Shown here piece after piece: positions 59,386 through 64,000 of a stretch of 64,000 nt of DNA. Source of the stretch: Hyphochytrium catenoides (lineage: Eukaryota > Protista > Hyphochytriomycota); NCBI GenBank assembly GCA_900088475.1, contig FLMG01001983.1, positions 1 to 64,000 on the forward strand. The letters run 5' to 3'. The notes below the pieces were generated by a model. It was not told the DNA's origin and searched no databases. It was given only the letters and a program-made list of their open reading frames with translations. Made by a program: the position numbers and the translations under genes. Within the stretch, counting starts at the first letter, position 1; every line of letters begins with the position of its first letter.

Positions 59386-62300
59386 ATGTCAGGCAGTCAC
59401 TTGAGCCGTGATTTTTTTGACTTAGTGAAGGCTATTGGAGAGTCAAAGTCCAAACAGGTGAGCTGCTACCGCGCTCAATCTGGAATTGAGTTGGAAATAA
59501 ACCTGCTCTCTGTAGGAGGAGGACCGAATCATTATCAAGGAAGTTGCGCAGCTGAAGAAGCAGATGCAAGAGAAGGAGACCTCCAAGAAGCGACAGAAAG
59601 AGTTTGTCATCCGCTTGATGTATGTTGAGATGCTTGGGCATGATGCGTCCTTTGGCTACATTCGAGCAGTTGAGCTGACTGCAGCGACGAACCTCATTCA
59701 GAAGCGCGTCGCCTACCTATGCTGTGCGCAGTGCCTGTCCCCATCTCACGAGTTTAGGTTCATGATTGTCAACCAGCTTCAGCGTGATATGCAATCCTCT
59801 AATCATTTGGAGGTCACTGCAGCCTTGACCGCTGTCTGCAAGCTCGTGACAATTGAAATGATCCCAGCTGTGGCTCCAATTGTCACAGAACTACTCCGCC
59901 ATGAAACTGAGATTGTCAGAAAGAAGGCGGTGATGGCTCTGCAGCAATTTTCCCGCCTCAACCCGGACTCTGTCTCACATCTAGGCGATCAGATTCGACG
60001 AATTCTATGTGATCCCAGTCCAAGCGTCATGGGGGCCACCCTATGCATTCTTTATGACTTGGCTCAAGCCAATCCGGCGGCTTACAAGGATCTTGTGCCC
60101 AGTTATGTCAGCATTTTGAAGCAGATTACGGAACACCGGCTACCCAGGGAGTTCGATTACCATCGCATCCCTGCACCTTGGATTCAGATCCGCTTACTGA
60201 AGATCCTGGCCATACTGGGCCAAGCAGACCAACAGACCAGTGAGGGCATGTATGAAGTTCTTCATGACGTTATGCGCAGAGCAGATACGGGCATCAACGT
60301 GGGCTATGCAATCATCTACGAGTGTGTTAGGACCATCACAGCCATCTATCCCAATAGCACCTTACTGGACGCTGCTGCCTCCAGCATCTCCAGATTTATT
60401 AGCAGTGACAATCATAACCTCAAGTATCTGGGCGTCACAGGCCTAGCGGCTATAGTCAAAGACCACCCCAAATATGCTGCAGCACACCAAATGGCCGTCA
60501 TTGACTGTCTCGAAGACCCAGACGAGTCGCTTAAGCGGAAGACCTTGGATTTGTTGTACCGTATGACCAACCCTGTCAATGTGGAGTTTATCACAGAGAA
60601 ACTTACGCAATTTCTAAGGGAGACAAACGATGAGTTTCTGAAGAAAGAACTTGCGGAACGAATTACTCAGTGTGCAGAAAGATTTGCTCCTAGCAATGGG
60701 TGGTACATCCAGACGATGACCAACGTCTTCGAGCTTGGAGGAGGACTGGTGAAGGAAGAAGACGCCCATAATCTTATGAGGCTTATTGCTGAAGGCAGCG
60801 GAGAGGACGACGAAGCCGATGAGGAGCTGCGCAGGGATGCCACAGAAACGTATCTGGAACTTCTAGACAAGTCAGTACTACCTGACATTCTTTCCCAAGT
60901 GATGGCATGGACTCTGGGAGAGTACGGCTATTTATCAGAGACTATGTCCCTTGAGGAGATTGCTGAACGTCTTTGCGAGCTCCTGGGCCGCACTCACGAT
61001 GACCCTGCCAAAACACGAGGCTATATACTCGCCGCCTTAACGAAGATTACAGCCCAGCTAAGCAGGCGGCTTCCCTGCGTGGATGAGGTGATGGAGAAGT
61101 ATAGAGAAAGCCAGTACACAGACCTTCAGCAGCGCTGCTATGAGTACATCGCACTGGTCTCAAATCCACAGCTTATGCAACGAGTATTGCCAGTGGATGC
61201 CAGCTGCGAGGACATTGAGGTAGACCCCAACCTCGAGTTTCTTCGTGGCTTCGTGGAAGAGGCCGTTAGTCGCGGGGCTTCTCGATACAATCCTCCCGTT
61301 GATGAAGAGGACGATGAATATGGCGACACCAGGCATGTAAAGGGGACTCAGGGACTGAAGCTAGACGCCTATGAAAAACCATCTATCCCTACGGCCCCTA
61401 TTCCCCGGAGCAATCCTCCATACGAACCTCAGCCCTACGGCGGTGGTGCACCAGGATCCTATCCTACGACTCCTGCCGCGTATGGAGGTCCGGCTGGTGC
61501 AAGTCTTGCTGGTCCAGGTCTCGACTCCCTTAAAAGACAGGCAAAGCCAGTATGGGGACACCATCAATGGGGCGCCCCCGCGGCTCCTCCAGCACCAGAG
61601 CCACCCAAGCCAGGCTATCCACCTGCTCAACCCGACTATGGCAGAGCCCCCTCTGCCTCACCAGTCAGTCCTCAAGAAGAAGAGGTGGAGGAAGAGGAGG
61701 GGCCTCACGAGCTCAGTGAGAAGGAGCGCACGGCAGCGATGCTTTTTGGAGGAGTTCCTGGTGCACAGGGTGGTACATCGGCGAGAACGGGCTCGCAAAG
61801 GCCGTCGGGAAGGGCGTCGAGGACTGGGAGAACGCCAGCTACAAAAGCAAGTCCAGCCGCAACATCTACTGCCCCATTGGCTGGCGCTGCCGGTGCCATC
61901 CCCACAGGAAGGAGACCTCCAACCAAAGGGCCAGGTAGCCGCTCCAGCTCTAATCGTTCATTAGGTTCCGTAGCTGCAGCTGGAGAAGCCCAACAATCCG
62001 CCCCAATAATTGATCTTCTGGATATGTCCTTTGATGATACTCCTGCAGTCGGTGCAAGTGCTCCAAATGCTTCTCCTATTCTAGACCCTTTTCAAACAAC
62101 GGAGGCTTCTCCCTCTACAGCTCCTACCTCTTCCGCCCCTGTACCTCCGCAAGCTTCTCTTGACCCTTTCTCTTCTATGCCCTCTATGGCATCAACGCTT
62201 CCTACCACGATGTCGTTGCCCCCACAGCCCGCTGAAGTAGGGCTAAGCTTCAATGGCCATCCTTTGGAACCAGCGGTTATGAGGACCCCGGAATTCGGCA

Positions 62301-62584
62301 ACTTGTGGGGATCGCTAAAGGCAGAAACTAGTGTCAAGATCCCTTCCTCTGTCCGTTCGTTATCGGACTATGAGGGCCGAGTTCGGCCACTACAGCTCCA
62401 CGTAGTAGAGACCATTCAGGCCACAAATGAGGCGATCTCGGCTGCCAGACTGGCTGGCTCGGATGTCTTTGGCCTGGTACATGCGAAGATCCGATCTGCA
62501 GGCTTCCTACACCTTACAGTCAAGAGTCCAGATCCAAATTTCACACAGTACATTGCGCAGGCATTGCAGCAGAGTTTGAAATAA
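59386..62584 (+). CDS. AP4E1: AP-4 adaptor complex subunit epsilon (one intron, 59458-59515)
   Basis: MSGSHLSRDFFDLVKAIGESKSKQ/EEDRII, YVEMLGHDASFGYI, HRLPREFDYHRIPAPWIQI, AERFAPSN and VLPVDASCEDIEVD, followed by a Pro-rich hinge and an ear domain. Confidence 0.96.
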
Positions 62585-62858
62585 AGGATAGGCTAATGAT
62601 AATACTATTGGTGGTTACACCGCTGTAACGAGCGAACTGTACGTGGAGAACTCAACGCAAAGACCGTGATCAAGGCAAAGACCGTGATCCGAAAAAGGTT
62701 AGACTGACAGCGGGAGAGCATCTGAACATGCGACAGAGAGTGACATCACGGAAGTAATGAACAGACGAGATGAATAACAGACTAGGCTTAGGTGGAGAAG
62801 ACAGTCAGGACAAGCATCTCAAATGTTGACGGGAGAAGGGTACACTTCGCTTCAGGCC

Positions 62859-64000
62859 CTATGGCGATGAATTTGGGCAAGGGGCTTTCACCTTCTCTAG
62901 ATTGGCGACAATTTGCGCCACGAGGCGGCAGGTGGTGGAGATATTGTCCTTTCTTTGATGGTGAAGCTGTAGGATCGCGTCAGTACATAAGGCATATGTT
63001 AGTCAATCCACTGATTTCTGTCGTACCTGATGAAGGCACTCCAGCATCTCATGAGCAGAACCTTGGACCGCCTGTTCACTGCCAAACCCCAATGTGCCTC
63101 TGTGCATTAGAATCAACGCGACCGTCCACAGGGACTCCTCATTGCTCTCAGCTACTCTCTTCCACTTTAGCACTGTAATGAGGGCCCGAAAGAACCTATT
63201 CAACGACATCCGGAGACAGCAGTCAGCGCGGTCTGTTTGATGTACGAGAGATATGCTCACCTCTCATTGTATAGCTTCCTACTTAGTCTAGGTGGCAGGG
63301 GATCCTCTGTCAGAGCTTCCATGAGTAGCAAAGCGAACAGGGCCGCACCATAGGCTCTTCCTCTAAGCAAGCCAATTAGGATGTCCATTAACCCCAGTGC
63401 CAGGAGCTTCTCTTTCACGCCAGGACATAGAGAAAGGCTTGTCAACAGCTGCAGGGGAACAATGATCAGGCTCTCAGCCTATGGCATGGAAGGAGAGAGG
63501 ACGGGAAGGGCAACAGTCAGTTATCACATAATCGGTGAGACCTGCCGTGTAGCTAGCGCATTACCTCCATAAGAAAGTCTACTACTGATTCCAAGAAGGT
63601 ATCTGAGCTGCAGGCTAGCGCAGAAGCTAGCTTCCGATGGTCCCTAGGCATACGGAGTGGACCAGAAGGGAATCATGGGCTGTGTGAGGTAAGGCTGAGT
63701 AAGGAAGGTCATCAGGAGAACTCCTGACTGTCAGATATATACCCGACATCACGTGCTTACAGATAGAGAAAGCCTTCCAAGTACGCGGAGACACAAAGAG
63801 AGAGCAAGGAACAAGAACTCACGATGAACTCTGGCACTTGGCGAAGCATTCATTAAGCTCTTGGGCTAAATAGACTTTCTGAAAGGCTGGCACCTCCGCT
63901 GACCACTGTAGCACCAACAAAACGAACTCAAAAAGACCGTCATCATTATCCTATCTCAACGATAAAGTTGGGCACCTGGCGACACAGTTCTCGTCCTCTG
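62859..64000 (-). CDS. 3' part of an unidentified multi-exon helical/ARM-like protein (truncated by window edge; stop position tentative)
   Basis: GT-AG bounded exons such as WSAEVPAFQKVYLAQELNECFAK, LLTSLSLCPGVKEKLLALGLMDILIGLLRG and LNRFFRALITVLKW. Confidence 0.5.

Noticed and set aside
1-64000. tRNA, rRNA, snRNA, CRISPR arrays, alternative genetic code or non-canonical introns
   Set aside because: None recognised by eye. The junctions I resolved are GT-AG and all three stop codons terminate genes.

Overview
This is gene-dense, intron-containing eukaryotic DNA with GT-AG introns of about 50-550 nt. Most short ORFs in the supplied track are exon fragments or antisense shadows. The gene set (Tom70, class II xylose isomerase, CEP78, AP-4 epsilon with an MSGxHLS-type N-terminus) suggests a flagellate protist, most likely a stramenopile; this is inference. 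Manual splicing gives, in order: V-ATPase c'' (+), TMEM145/GPR180-like (-), a decayed RT relic, DDRGK1 (-), GCFC2/PAXBP1-like (+), DONSON (+), TOM70 (-), FAAP100-like (+), an RRM-only Cyp33-like protein (-), xylose isomerase (-), an SMG6/EST1-like NMD factor with a Regnase-type nuclease (+), CEP78-like (-), a tandem-SET methyltransferase (+), DUF2439 (-), an ~11.3 kb island bounded by diverged direct repeats, AP4E1 (+), and a partial helical-repeat gene (-). The island carries a decayed LTR-retrotransposon fragment and a ~2000-aa helical-repeat/SPRY/DUF4246 gene. The best leads are the EBM + 14-3-3-like + Regnase-PIN SMG6 hybrid, a protist FAAP100, and the repeat-bounded island with its fusion gene. 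All family calls come from recalled motif similarity, not database searches.
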